A stretch of DNA of 37,463 nt from an uncultured Candidatus Saccharibacteria bacterium (lineage in GTDB: Bacteria > Patescibacteriota > Minisyncoccia > Phycocordibacterales > UBA918): NCBI GenBank assembly GCA_964508585.1, contig CAZDUC010000002.1, forward strand, positions 1 through 37,463, read 5' to 3'. Shown here one piece after another: positions 1-7,841 of the stretch (the stretch's first letter is position 1; each line of letters starts with the position of its first letter). The notes beneath the pieces are model-generated. The model was not told the DNA's origin, made no database searches, and worked only from the letters and a program-made list of their open reading frames with translations. The translations under genes and the position numbers were made by a program.

Positions 1-280
1 GTCGAGCAATAAAGACAATGAGTGCAATAATGAGGGTGAGGTCAGCAACGTTTGACCCAAGAATCATGCCAAAACCAAACGAAGGGATGCCCTCGAAGGC
101 AGCATTGAGCGCGATAAACGTCTCTGGCAAGATTGAGATGACCGCGACGACAATGAATCCAACTGTGTACTGGGACAGTTTAAAGCTGGTCGCGAGAAGT
201 CCTGCGTATGTGGTGGCAATCATAGCACCACGCATAACCACAAGAAGTGCAACTACAAAAATGAATATTTGGGTGAACAT
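1..280 (-). CDS. CaCA-family (YrbG-like) Ca2+/Na+ antiporter, N-terminal part. The gene runs off the left edge of the window.
   Basis: Not in the ORF track because there is no stop in the window. Reverse complement from ATG at 280 reads MFTQIFIFVVALLVVMRGAMIATTYAGLLATSFKLSQYTVGFIVVAVISILPETFIALNAAFEGIPSFGFGMILGSNVADLTLIIALIVFIAR. This gives TM helices plus the alpha-repeat signature of CaCA exchangers (S-x-PE ... GSNxxxL). The + ORF 18..341 is its antisense shadow. Confidence 0.6.
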   Translation of the reverse strand, partial: MFTQIFIFVVALLVVMRGAMIATTYAGLLATSFKLSQYTVGFIVVAVISILPETFIALNAAFEGIPSFGFGMILGSNVADLTLIIALIVFIAR

Positions 281-303
281 ACGATGTGTCTATACAGTAT
301 ATC

Positions 304-465
304 TCATGAATTCATCCTGTAGTGCACCCAGATACCAATGAATGCACCGATAGCACTACACATAACTGACGAGAATGAAAACATTCCCGATCCCCAGAAT
401 AGAGGAACATACCCACCAACAAGAGAGCCTACGGTGATGAAAATCCAGATGTGTGAACGTTCCAT
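304..465 (-). CDS. Small hydrophobic membrane protein (about 53 aa, two predicted TM segments), family not recognised
   Basis: Internal ATG at 465 of ORF 304..540 gives MERSHIWIFITVGSLVGGYVPLFWGSGMFSFSSVMCSAIGAFIGIWVHYRMNS. This start lies exactly 6 nt after an extended -10 element (472..480). The longer N-terminus from 540 would be encoded by the promoter sequence. Confidence 0.4.
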   Translation of the reverse strand: MERSHIWIFITVGSLVGGYVPLFWGSGMFSFSSVMCSAIGAFIGIWVHYRMNS

Positions 466-471
466 GAGTAT

Positions 472-480
472 AGTATACCA
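472..480 (-). promoter_or_regulatory. Extended -10 promoter element, leaderless configuration
   Basis: Minus strand reads TGGTATACT-ATACTC-ATG(465). Confidence 0.45.
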
Positions 481-574
481 AACAATACCGTCCGTGCTGT
501 GTATAGACGTGTACACTTCACACAAGTACACATCATTCATTGCGAGGAGTTATATTGTTCCAGACTAAAATGAG

Positions 575-1081
575 TTATCGAGTGACCGAGATCTTTTCAG
601 TTGCACTTGCACCGGTCTCAGTATCCACCGTATCTGGAGCGACAATCGTGACGTGACCATTACTCACCGCAATCTCATATCCAAGTGTCTTATCGTTCGT
701 TGCACACTCAGCTTCTGTAATCGTTTGATCGGGTACCGAAGGATCTGCAGGAAGTGCTCCGATAAACTCAGGGACGAGCGCAGCACAGAAGTCATCAAAG
801 TCGGTCATTCCGCCAGTCACATTTCCTAATTCTTTAGACGCAAAGTCTGAGGTAAGCCCTGGTGGCATAACACCCTTATTATCGACGGTGTACTGACTGA
901 TGGCATTAATGAGCGAGGCAACATTTGCCGTACGCTGTGTATTGGCAGCTTCACGGAAGTTTTTGCCTGGATTTACGGCGACGAGCACAATCGCAGCAAG
1001 AATGGCGATAATACCGATAACGATGAGGACTTCTATAAGAGTAAAACCTCGTTTTGAGGCTTTTGTACGTGTTTGATGCAT
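575..1081 (-). CDS. Type IV pilin / pseudopilin, probable major subunit
   Basis: N-terminus MHQTRTKASKRG|FTLIEVLIVIGIIAILAAIVLV is a class III (prepilin) signal with Gly-1, Phe+1 and Glu+5, followed by the hydrophobic alpha1-N helix. It is 168 aa, the last gene of the pilus cluster, and set apart by a 146-nt spacer. Confidence 0.85.
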   Translation of the reverse strand: MHQTRTKASKRGFTLIEVLIVIGIIAILAAIVLVAVNPGKNFREAANTQRTANVASLINAISQYTVDNKGVMPPGLTSDFASKELGNVTGGMTDFDDFCAALVPEFIGALPADPSVPDQTITEAECATNDKTLGYEIAVSNGHVTIVAPDTVDTETGASATEKISVTR

Positions 1082-1227
1082 ATCAAAAAATACTTGGTAC
1101 TTATAAATATGATGGAGTAACTATCGTACACATTATGGTACAACTCACGTTATCCCTTTACAATACTTTTTTTGTGTATATCGTTTTATTAGTCACGCAT
1201 CGCGATGCGAGTATTCCATACACGACA

Positions 1228-1629
1228 CTACTCCAGTTCTTCCCACGAAAGAAAATCTCCATTTGAAGAATTGACGACGACTCGATACTGCGTGCGTGCA
1301 TCTTTTTGTACTGCCTCTACCTCAATAGTGCTCTCATTCCCTGAGTAGGTGATAGAGGTAATCGTGCAGTACGAGTCATGTATGGGTATGGTGACTGGAT
1401 GTGCGCTACTCACTGTGTACAGAGGATCATTGTACACACCGACGCGGGCCACATGGACACATGCGTCCGCAAGTTTCTCACTTGCAATTTTGTGCTCAAG
1501 GTTGAGGATGAAAAATCTATTTGCGATACCGAATTGCGCGAGCGAGAGCGTGGTCGTGAGAAGTACCACAGACATGCAGATAATCGCGATTAGGGCAATG
1601 AAACCATGTTGACTGGATGTATGGCGCAT
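1228..1629 (-). CDS. Minor pilin-like protein lacking Glu5 (PilX/GspK/ComGG-like position)
   Basis: MRHTSSQHG|FIALIAIICMSVVLLTT has a prepilin-like G|F junction and hydrophobic helix, but position +5 is Ile, not Glu. It starts 1 nt after the preceding pilin gene. Confidence 0.55.
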   Translation of the reverse strand: MRHTSSQHGFIALIAIICMSVVLLTTTLSLAQFGIANRFFILNLEHKIASEKLADACVHVARVGVYNDPLYTVSSAHPVTIPIHDSYCTITSITYSGNESTIEVEAVQKDARTQYRVVVNSSNGDFLSWEELE

Positions 1630-1630
1630 A

Positions 1631-2167
1631 CTAAACGTGAAGATAGTAGTGAATAGGACCTATGGGCGTCCCATTTGCAGTGAATGACACCTCGAGCATG
1701 CGTGGGGAATCTCCTGTTGGTGCGTGGTGGGTAACACTAAAGTTTTCAATATTCACTCGTTCTGCATGGAGGGGGAGTGGTGCATGTACGTTACTACTCA
1801 TCGTGAGGATAGAGCAAACATTCGGAGGGGTACAAAATGCATTTGAAGTATCGGGGGTAAACGCATATGTCTCCGCCCCGTCATACGCAAGAACGAGTGC
1901 CTCTGCTGTGCTCCCCTCTGCTGGCAGAGTAACTAATCCACGAGATGAAGTAATGGTATCTTTGAGCGCATAGTTTATTTTCGCAAGGATGAACACCGAC
2001 TCACTCTGAGTTGCGATATTGCGTGAGAGACGCTCTGCATTTGTAAAGAGGGGGTACACACTCATGAATATACCCGTAAACATAATGCCAAAGAGCGCCA
2101 CATAAATAATGGTTTCAATGAGCGTAAATCCACGCACCTTAGTTACACATGTTTCCGGGTGTGTCAT
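1631..2167 (-). CDS. Minor pilin (GspJ/PilW-like size class)
   Basis: The ORF 1631..2368 contains KVRG|FTLIETIIYVALFGIMF. ATG at 2167 (MTHPETCVTKVRG|F) gives a normal 13-aa leader. The longer ORF would overlap the upstream gene by 230 nt. Confidence 0.7.
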   Translation of the reverse strand: MTHPETCVTKVRGFTLIETIIYVALFGIMFTGIFMSVYPLFTNAERLSRNIATQSESVFILAKINYALKDTITSSRGLVTLPAEGSTAEALVLAYDGAETYAFTPDTSNAFCTPPNVCSILTMSSNVHAPLPLHAERVNIENFSVTHHAPTGDSPRMLEVSFTANGTPIGPIHYYLHV

Positions 2168-3731
2168 AGAGTATGTGAAATCCAGTATCTCCCTGGTTTG
2201 CAATGAATAGGTACCCATCGGCATACTGAAGATCTTGTACCTTGGCTCCAAGGCCATATGGCGAACACGCTTCCGTTCTGATCTGTGTCGGATCAGAGAT
2301 GTCGAGTACTCGAAATTCTCCTGGAGACATATTCGCACCAACGAATGCGTACTTTCCACGAACCTCAATACCAGTCACCTTGGTGCTACTTTTGAGTCCT
2401 AGATTAATTCCACCGAGAAGTACAGGATTCTCTGGAGTACTGCTCTCAATCACCAACAACTCACTTTTCCCTGAGTTTCTCGAAAGCCCCAAGTATGTTT
2501 TCCCTCCGAGGACATACACGTCCTCGGCGTCAGCCGTACTCCCTGGTATATCAAACGTTCCTTTAATAGTCGGAGAAGCAGGATGTGAAACATCCATGAT
2601 GGTGAGCTCTCCACTATTATCGGTCGTCGCAAGGTATGCGTATGATTCTTGTACCATAATACTGTTGACACTATGACTGAGATTGTATGCACCAGCATGC
2701 ACTGGGTTTTCTGGGTCACTGACATCGTAGATGAGAAACTCCGGAGAATATACAGGAAAATTATTATTCCATGTGCCAACGTACACATACCCATCATAGT
2801 AGGCAATCGAACGTCCTTCGGGATACGCACCAGCAACATTTTTAAGAGTAACCTGCTGAACCACTTTGGGGACTACATATTGCGGATCAGTTGGTGCTCT
2901 TGTGGTGTCAAAGAGACGGATAACCTGGAGCTGGTTTGTACTCGTACCTTGGAGTGCAAATAGGTATGGACGGTTATATGCAACTGCGAGTATACCGTTT
3001 CCCGTGTCGAGTGAGCCAAGAAGAGTAATCGAATGTGTCGGGTCAGAAACATCATACAGGTATACATCATCTTGGAGAGAGGTGCTTGCGGTAGCGCCAA
3101 GTATGGCGATGCGTTTCCCAGCTTCACGAATCACCACAATATCTCGTACAGTCGTGTTTGAAAGAGACATACCACTCACCATCTTTTCTGGACTATCCCA
3201 CGTACCTGCTGGTAGAGGATCACACCCACTTGGACCAAGGGCTTTTGCAACATCTATGTTACTGAGGGCGGTACCAAACGTAATGTGATGGTCTCTGCTC
3301 TGGAGTGACGACCATGAGAGGTGTGCGGTGAGTTCTTTCACACAGGGAGACACATCACGAATTGAGGGCGTTGTGTCATACACAACACTCCCAAGAGTCT
3401 CGCTACTCGGTATGAGCGGTGCGTGCCACGTATGCGCAAGCGACGCGGTGTGATGCGCAAGTGCATCAGTCGCGCGATTGAGTCCATCACTATCGAGCGC
3501 AACATCATAGGCAATCGCGTGGCTACTATCGAGCGCAATGTGTTGGGTGAGTGTTCCTCCACTAAAAGCAACCATCATTGCGGAAGAGAGAAAGAGGATT
3601 CCTACTGAAAAAGCGATGAGGATTTCAATTGTTGAAAAGCCTTCTTGGGTCTTACTCCTCGTCGCGCCTACGGCGCGACGAGGCACCCGATTCCGCACAA
3701 CACCAACTCTTGTACCATCGCTCATACACAT
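2139..3731 (-). CDS. Pilin-like protein with a large C-terminal LVIVD-repeat beta-propeller domain (candidate pilus adhesin)
   Basis: Prepilin motif ...RSKTQEG|FSTIEILIAFSVGILFLSSAMM, then repeated LVIVD-type blades: DVYLYDVSDPTHS, FLIYDVSDPENPV, YAYLATTDNSGELTIMDVSHPASP, SELLVIESSTPENPV, KYAFVGANMSPGEFRVLDISDPTQ, GYLFIANQGDTGFHILYD. The start is ambiguous: TTG 3740, ATG 3731/3725, or in-frame GTGs closer to the G|F site. Confidence 0.8.
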   Translation of the reverse strand: MCMSDGTRVGVVRNRVPRRAVGATRSKTQEGFSTIEILIAFSVGILFLSSAMMVAFSGGTLTQHIALDSSHAIAYDVALDSDGLNRATDALAHHTASLAHTWHAPLIPSSETLGSVVYDTTPSIRDVSPCVKELTAHLSWSSLQSRDHHITFGTALSNIDVAKALGPSGCDPLPAGTWDSPEKMVSGMSLSNTTVRDIVVIREAGKRIAILGATASTSLQDDVYLYDVSDPTHSITLLGSLDTGNGILAVAYNRPYLFALQGTSTNQLQVIRLFDTTRAPTDPQYVVPKVVQQVTLKNVAGAYPEGRSIAYYDGYVYVGTWNNNFPVYSPEFLIYDVSDPENPVHAGAYNLSHSVNSIMVQESYAYLATTDNSGELTIMDVSHPASPTIKGTFDIPGSTADAEDVYVLGGKTYLGLSRNSGKSELLVIESSTPENPVLLGGINLGLKSSTKVTGIEVRGKYAFVGANMSPGEFRVLDISDPTQIRTEACSPYGLGAKVQDLQYADGYLFIANQGDTGFHILYDTPGNMCN

Positions 3732-3733
3732 AC

Positions 3734-4192
3734 TTACCAATCTATTTGTCCGACACGATTGAGACGAATATGCTGAGTAACCCCGCCTCCGGAAATGGTG
3801 ATCGTCCCAACACCAGCCACAATATCTCCTGATAGTGGGGCAAAAACAATGTCAGCTCCTCCTGTGTGTGCAACTGAAAGGTGGTTGCTGGTGAAGTCGA
3901 TAACACGATTTTCTGGCGCCCCCTCGATGTAGCTATCACCTCCGAAGAGCACGTACTGCTTTTGTGCATTATCGATGTGGACGCCATGTGCAGAATCTCT
4001 TATGTTTGCCATTGCGTTTGAACGCGCTCCAATAAGAAGAAGTGAGACAATAAGATCACGTTCCTGATACACCGAAGATCGACCGATTGAGTCAATCCCC
4101 ATACGCATGCCGAAGGTGAGGACGATCGAGAGAAGCCCTACCACCATGAGTGTTTCTATGTAGGTAAAACCGGATTGTTTACGCTGACTCAT
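3734..4192 (-). CDS. Minor pilin, GspH/FimT-like
   Basis: MSQRKQSG|FTYIETLMVVGLLSIVL (Gly-1, Phe+1, Glu+5). It is 152 aa and lies directly after the platform gene (3-nt gap). Confidence 0.75.
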   Translation of the reverse strand: MSQRKQSGFTYIETLMVVGLLSIVLTFGMRMGIDSIGRSSVYQERDLIVSLLLIGARSNAMANIRDSAHGVHIDNAQKQYVLFGGDSYIEGAPENRVIDFTSNHLSVAHTGGADIVFAPLSGDIVAGVGTITISGGGVTQHIRLNRVGQIDW

Positions 4193-4195
4193 GTA

Positions 4196-5380
4196 TTACT
4201 GAATGTTACTGATGTGCCTCGTCACTTCATAAATCGGCGAGATGACGGAAACTGCAATAATCCCCACAAGGATACCCATGGTAAGAAGGAGCATTGGTTC
4301 AATGGTACTTGAAAGATTCTTTGTACTCTCTTCCACTTCAGTTTCGTAGAGATCAGAGAGGTACGAGAGTGTCTCTGAAAGATTTCCGGTCGTCTCTCCA
4401 ATGTGTACCATATGCACCAACATGTCGGGAAACAGAGCAGGGTACTCAACCATTGAAGCAGAAATCTTTTCACCTTTCACACTCCCACCAGCGATTGCGA
4501 GACATGCATTTTTGTACACTGTATTTTTCGTCGCCTGTGCAGTAATGTTGAGCGCTTCAACTATCTGGATACCCGCATCAATACTGAGACCGCAGGTTCG
4601 ACAAAAATTAGCACAATTGTATGCGCGTGCAATGTGACCCACAATAGATAGACTGAGAATAAGTTTATCGGTAAATGTACGAAATGGGAGAAAGAGCGCG
4701 CGAAATACAAAAAATACACAACATGCGAGAATGCAACCGAGTATGGTGAGGAGGCCCCATGTTTTGAGGTAGTCACTCACCGCAAGGAGTATCCGAGTGG
4801 TAAGAGGAAGCGTGATATCGAGTGAGGTAAAAATGGGCATTATCTTCGGGAAGATAAATACCACGAGAAGCCCCGTCACTCCAAGTGTTGCGAGCGTGAT
4901 AAACATAGGGTAGACGAGCGCGTTTTGAATCTTCCGTTTGAGCGCATGCCGTTTTGAAAGCTCTTGTGCGAGATACATGAGATTTTCTGAAAGCCTTCCG
5001 GTATGTTCTCCCACACGGATGATAGTAATGGTGAATTCTCCAAAGAGATTTCCATACCGATGAAGGCTGGTGGAAAGGAACTGTCCTGCAGAGATGTCCG
5101 AAATAATTGCATCAAATATGCGTCGCTTCTCTCTCGACTTTGTTTGATTACGAATGATGGTCATGCTCTCAATGCTCGTGACACCCGCCTTCGCGAGAAA
5201 AGAAAGTCGTTTTGCAAAGAGTACCTGCTCATGCGTCGAAAAATGTACCAAAGGAAACCATGTCTTCCTCTCCTGGGGATTAAAATGTGTAGATAGTGAG
5301 AGCGAAGTATCTGTTTCATCACGAGTAATAGGTGTGTCAGCAGGTGTGGTGTTTTTGTTAGTAAACGAACGGAACTTCAT
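4196..5380 (-). CDS. pilC: Type IV pilus / T2SS platform protein (GspF/PilC family)
   Basis: 394 aa with two GspF-type repeats (…AGVTSIESMTIIRNQ…, …AGIQIVEALNITAQ…) and three TM segments. It sits immediately downstream of the GspE ATPase. Confidence 0.9.
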   Translation of the reverse strand: MKFRSFTNKNTTPADTPITRDETDTSLSLSTHFNPQERKTWFPLVHFSTHEQVLFAKRLSFLAKAGVTSIESMTIIRNQTKSREKRRIFDAIISDISAGQFLSTSLHRYGNLFGEFTITIIRVGEHTGRLSENLMYLAQELSKRHALKRKIQNALVYPMFITLATLGVTGLLVVFIFPKIMPIFTSLDITLPLTTRILLAVSDYLKTWGLLTILGCILACCVFFVFRALFLPFRTFTDKLILSLSIVGHIARAYNCANFCRTCGLSIDAGIQIVEALNITAQATKNTVYKNACLAIAGGSVKGEKISASMVEYPALFPDMLVHMVHIGETTGNLSETLSYLSDLYETEVEESTKNLSSTIEPMLLLTMGILVGIIAVSVISPIYEVTRHISNIQ

Positions 5381-5395
5381 AGATGTATTTCGACG

Positions 5396-6685
5396 TTACT
5401 CCGTGATTGTGCGAAGCACCTCAGCGAGTGTTGTTTTTCTCTCTGTTGCTTTCGTGAGCCCGTCTTCAAACATGGTTGTCATTCCTTCCTTGAGCGCAAG
5501 CGCACGAATCGCTCCTGCTGACGCCCGTTCGAGAATTGCCTCGCGCACCTGCGGAGATACAACCAACACCTCATACATACCGATACGACCAGAAAAACCA
5601 GTCTGATCACACGCATCACATCCTCGCCCACGATAAAACGTATGGGGGAGTGTGTGCGCTTTTTCCTTAAGTCGTTCGGGAAGTACGTGGTGGAGGTTGT
5701 GACGCTCTGCATCAGTAAGCCTATGCGCCTCTATGCAGTGCGTACATATTTTCCGTACCAGTCGTTGTCCAATCGCAATAGTAACCGTCGAGGCGACGAG
5801 ATAGGCATCGATACCCATATCGAGGAGGCGGGGAAGTGTCGTTGCGGAATCATTGGTGTGAAGTGTCGAGAGGAGGGTGTGTCCGGTGAGTGCGGTATTC
5901 ACAGCGATACCTGCGGTCTCTGCATCACGAATTTCACCAACCATAATGATGTTTGGGTCTTGTCGGAGCATCGAGCGCAACCCGTGTGCAAAGGTGAGAT
6001 TTGAGCGTGAGTGTACCTGTATTTGGGTGATACCGGGGATAGCGTACTCGATCGGATCTTCAATAGTGATGATGGATACCTCCCTCGTGTTGAGAAGCTT
6101 AATGAGTGTATAGAGGGTAGTCGTCTTCCCTGAACCAGTAGGACCAGTTGCAAGTATCATGCCATAGGGCTGAGTAAGTGCACGTTCAACTTTTATCCTG
6201 TCTGCATCACTAAACCCAAGTGTGTGGAGTGAAAAAGCAGAAGCGTGATCTGAGAGAAGCCTCAGTACAACATTTTCACCAAAGTATGTGGGGGTAATTG
6301 AGACGCGGATATCGATTGGAACCACAGCATCTTTCGTCGTCATGAGACGAAAGCGCCCATCTTGCGCAGCTTGATGCTCATCGGTGCGGAGCGCAGAGAG
6401 TACCTTGATACGTGAAATAACCTCAGAGAATACCGCTTTAGGGAATGTGCAGGTGTCTTTAAGAACTCCATCAATGCGCAAACGAATGAGAACATCCTTT
6501 TCCATCGGACTCAGGTGGATATCCGAAGCGCGGAGGAGATGCGCCTCTTCGATGCAGGTCTGTACAAACGCAATGACAGGGAATGGTCCTGTACGAGAGA
6601 GAATTTCGCGCAAAGCCGGTGGTGTGGAGTATGAAGGTGTATCAGCCTGAGGAGTACTACTATTCCCACGTTGAGAAGAGTCCAT
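5396..6685 (-). CDS. pilB: Type IV pilus assembly / T2SS ATPase (GspE/PilB family)
   Basis: Walker A GPTGSGKTTT, Asp/His boxes, tetracysteine motif CTHC…CDAC. Start set at ATG 6685 (MDSSQRG…) because an intrinsic terminator (6757..6807) lies inside the longer ORF extension to 6790. Confidence 0.9.
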   Translation of the reverse strand: MDSSQRGNSSTPQADTPSYSTPPALREILSRTGPFPVIAFVQTCIEEAHLLRASDIHLSPMEKDVLIRLRIDGVLKDTCTFPKAVFSEVISRIKVLSALRTDEHQAAQDGRFRLMTTKDAVVPIDIRVSITPTYFGENVVLRLLSDHASAFSLHTLGFSDADRIKVERALTQPYGMILATGPTGSGKTTTLYTLIKLLNTREVSIITIEDPIEYAIPGITQIQVHSRSNLTFAHGLRSMLRQDPNIIMVGEIRDAETAGIAVNTALTGHTLLSTLHTNDSATTLPRLLDMGIDAYLVASTVTIAIGQRLVRKICTHCIEAHRLTDAERHNLHHVLPERLKEKAHTLPHTFYRGRGCDACDQTGFSGRIGMYEVLVVSPQVREAILERASAGAIRALALKEGMTTMFEDGLTKATERKTTLAEVLRTITE

Positions 6686-6756
6686 GATGATAAAAGTATG
6701 GTATGCAACACATAGTTTGTCGAGCTTCAACTGAGGATTTCTGGAAGAACACATAT

Positions 6757-6807
6757 AAAAAAGGCCGGCGTTCCTTGTGTGCTTACGCATACAGTACTTC
6801 GCCGGAC
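6757..6807 (-). terminator. Intrinsic terminator of the small Cys-rich gene
   Basis: Minus strand reads GUCCGGCG-(interrupted inner stem GUAUGC-GUAA-GCACAC)-CGCCGGCC followed by UUUUUU (6762..6757). Confidence 0.55.
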
Positions 6808-6857
6808 CTGTTCTCTGTGTCGATGTATCCTATTATCGACAGTGGTTTGTTGATGGG

Positions 6858-7040
6858 CTATCCACCCTTGGCGTCACGACAGATGCCACACATATCGCCG
6901 GCAATGGGGCAAGTGCAGACAAACACACCTTGCTCGAACTTGTGAATCTCACCAGTTTCGCCATCCAGTGCAGCAATGGAGTAGGCTCCATCCTTTCCCC
7001 ACGTCACGACAGGGATTTGGCTCGCATTTTGTACTAACAT
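6858..7040 (-). CDS. Small Cys-rich protein (60 aa), CxC-x6-CxxC C-terminus, family not recognised
   Basis: MLVQNASQIPVVTWGKDGAYSIAALDGETGEIHKFEQGVFVCTCPIAGDMCGICRDAKGG. A good SD (GGGAGAAAGAAA-ATG) precedes the start. It has its own candidate promoter and its own terminator. Confidence 0.5.
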   Translation of the reverse strand: MLVQNASQIPVVTWGKDGAYSIAALDGETGEIHKFEQGVFVCTCPIAGDMCGICRDAKGG

Positions 7041-7166
7041 TTTCTTTCTCCCACATTCGAAGAATCACGTGAACTTTTTCCACTGAGTCTCTTCTTGGTT
7101 TTCAACCCTCCCCACAAACAGAGTGGGTGGGGGAACGTACCCAAAACATATAGGGTATGAGAATGT

Positions 7167-7195
7167 ATAATTACAGTGTAATTATTATTTGTCAA
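7167..7195 (-). promoter_or_regulatory. Candidate sigma70-type promoter for the small Cys-rich gene
   Basis: Minus strand reads TTGACA-17 nt-AATTAT (alternatively TG-TAATTA), about 125 nt upstream of ATG 7040. Confidence 0.35.
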
Positions 7196-7223
7196 GTTTT
7201 TTACGCATCATAGTGCGCATGCA

Positions 7224-7838
7224 CTAGTATCTGTTTTTGAGCGCATTTTTAATCGTCTCTGGATCTGCGTATTCAAGCTCACTACCGGTTGAGAGACCTC
7301 TCCCAAGATGACTTATTTTAATCGCGTGTGTTTCGATAAGTAACCTGAGCAATGTTTCGACGTACCGTCCAGTATTTTCACCATCAGGATTCACTGAAAA
7401 GCCAAGGATGATCTCTGTGAGTCCTTGGGTGACGCGTGTTTCAACGACATGTTTTAATTGTCCACCCCTGAGTTTTTTCACATCCTGTGAGTCAAGGAGT
7501 GGCACCGTTCCACCGAGTACGAAGTAGAGCCCATCGTAGATACCGCTTCGCTCAATTGCATCAATGTCAGTGTCGTGCTCGACAACCGTGAGTTTACTTC
7601 GGTCACGTACGGTACTCCCACAGACCGTACATTCAAAAGAATCACTTTTGAGCGAGTGGTACCGAGCACAGGAAGGACAAAGAATCATCTGTGCACGAAG
7701 TGTCCGAATGAGCTCCGCAAGCTCAAGGACCTCATCCTGTTGCATGGTGAGGACGTGAAATGCAAAACGCTTCGCCTGCCGTGAGCCAATGCCAGGAAAA
7801 TGTTCAAAATGTCGAATGAGCTTTTCAAATGAGGTCAT
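7224..7838 (-). CDS. recR: Recombination protein RecR
   Basis: MTSFEKLIRHFEHFPGIGSRQAKRFAFHVL (HhH), C4 zinc finger CPSC…CTVC, Toprim-like C-terminal domain. 204 aa. Confidence 0.95.
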   Translation of the reverse strand: MTSFEKLIRHFEHFPGIGSRQAKRFAFHVLTMQQDEVLELAELIRTLRAQMILCPSCARYHSLKSDSFECTVCGSTVRDRSKLTVVEHDTDIDAIERSGIYDGLYFVLGGTVPLLDSQDVKKLRGGQLKHVVETRVTQGLTEIILGFSVNPDGENTGRYVETLLRLLIETHAIKISHLGRGLSTGSELEYADPETIKNALKNRY

Positions 7839-7841
7839 ACG

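Noticed and set aside
18-341. 107-aa + strand ORF at the left edge
   Set aside because: The opposite strand encodes a CaCA antiporter N-terminus with SxPE/GSN signatures. The + ORF translation has no features.
1196-1209. 14-nt perfect palindrome CGCATCGCGATGCG just downstream of the 1228..1629 gene, considered as a terminator
   Set aside because: As RNA it is only a 5-bp stem with no U-run. It may be a protein-binding site, but I have no supporting evidence.
2168-2368. Upstream extension of the minor-pilin ORF 1631..2368
   Set aside because: It would overlap the LVIVD gene by 230 nt and would put a 79-aa leader before the G|F junction. ATG 2167 gives a 13-aa prepilin leader.
6686-6790. N-terminal extension of the pilB ORF (MRKHTRNAGLFYMCSS…)
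   Set aside because: It contains the hairpin plus U6 terminator of the upstream small gene and has no homology-like sequence. ATG 6685 gives a normal GspE N-terminus.
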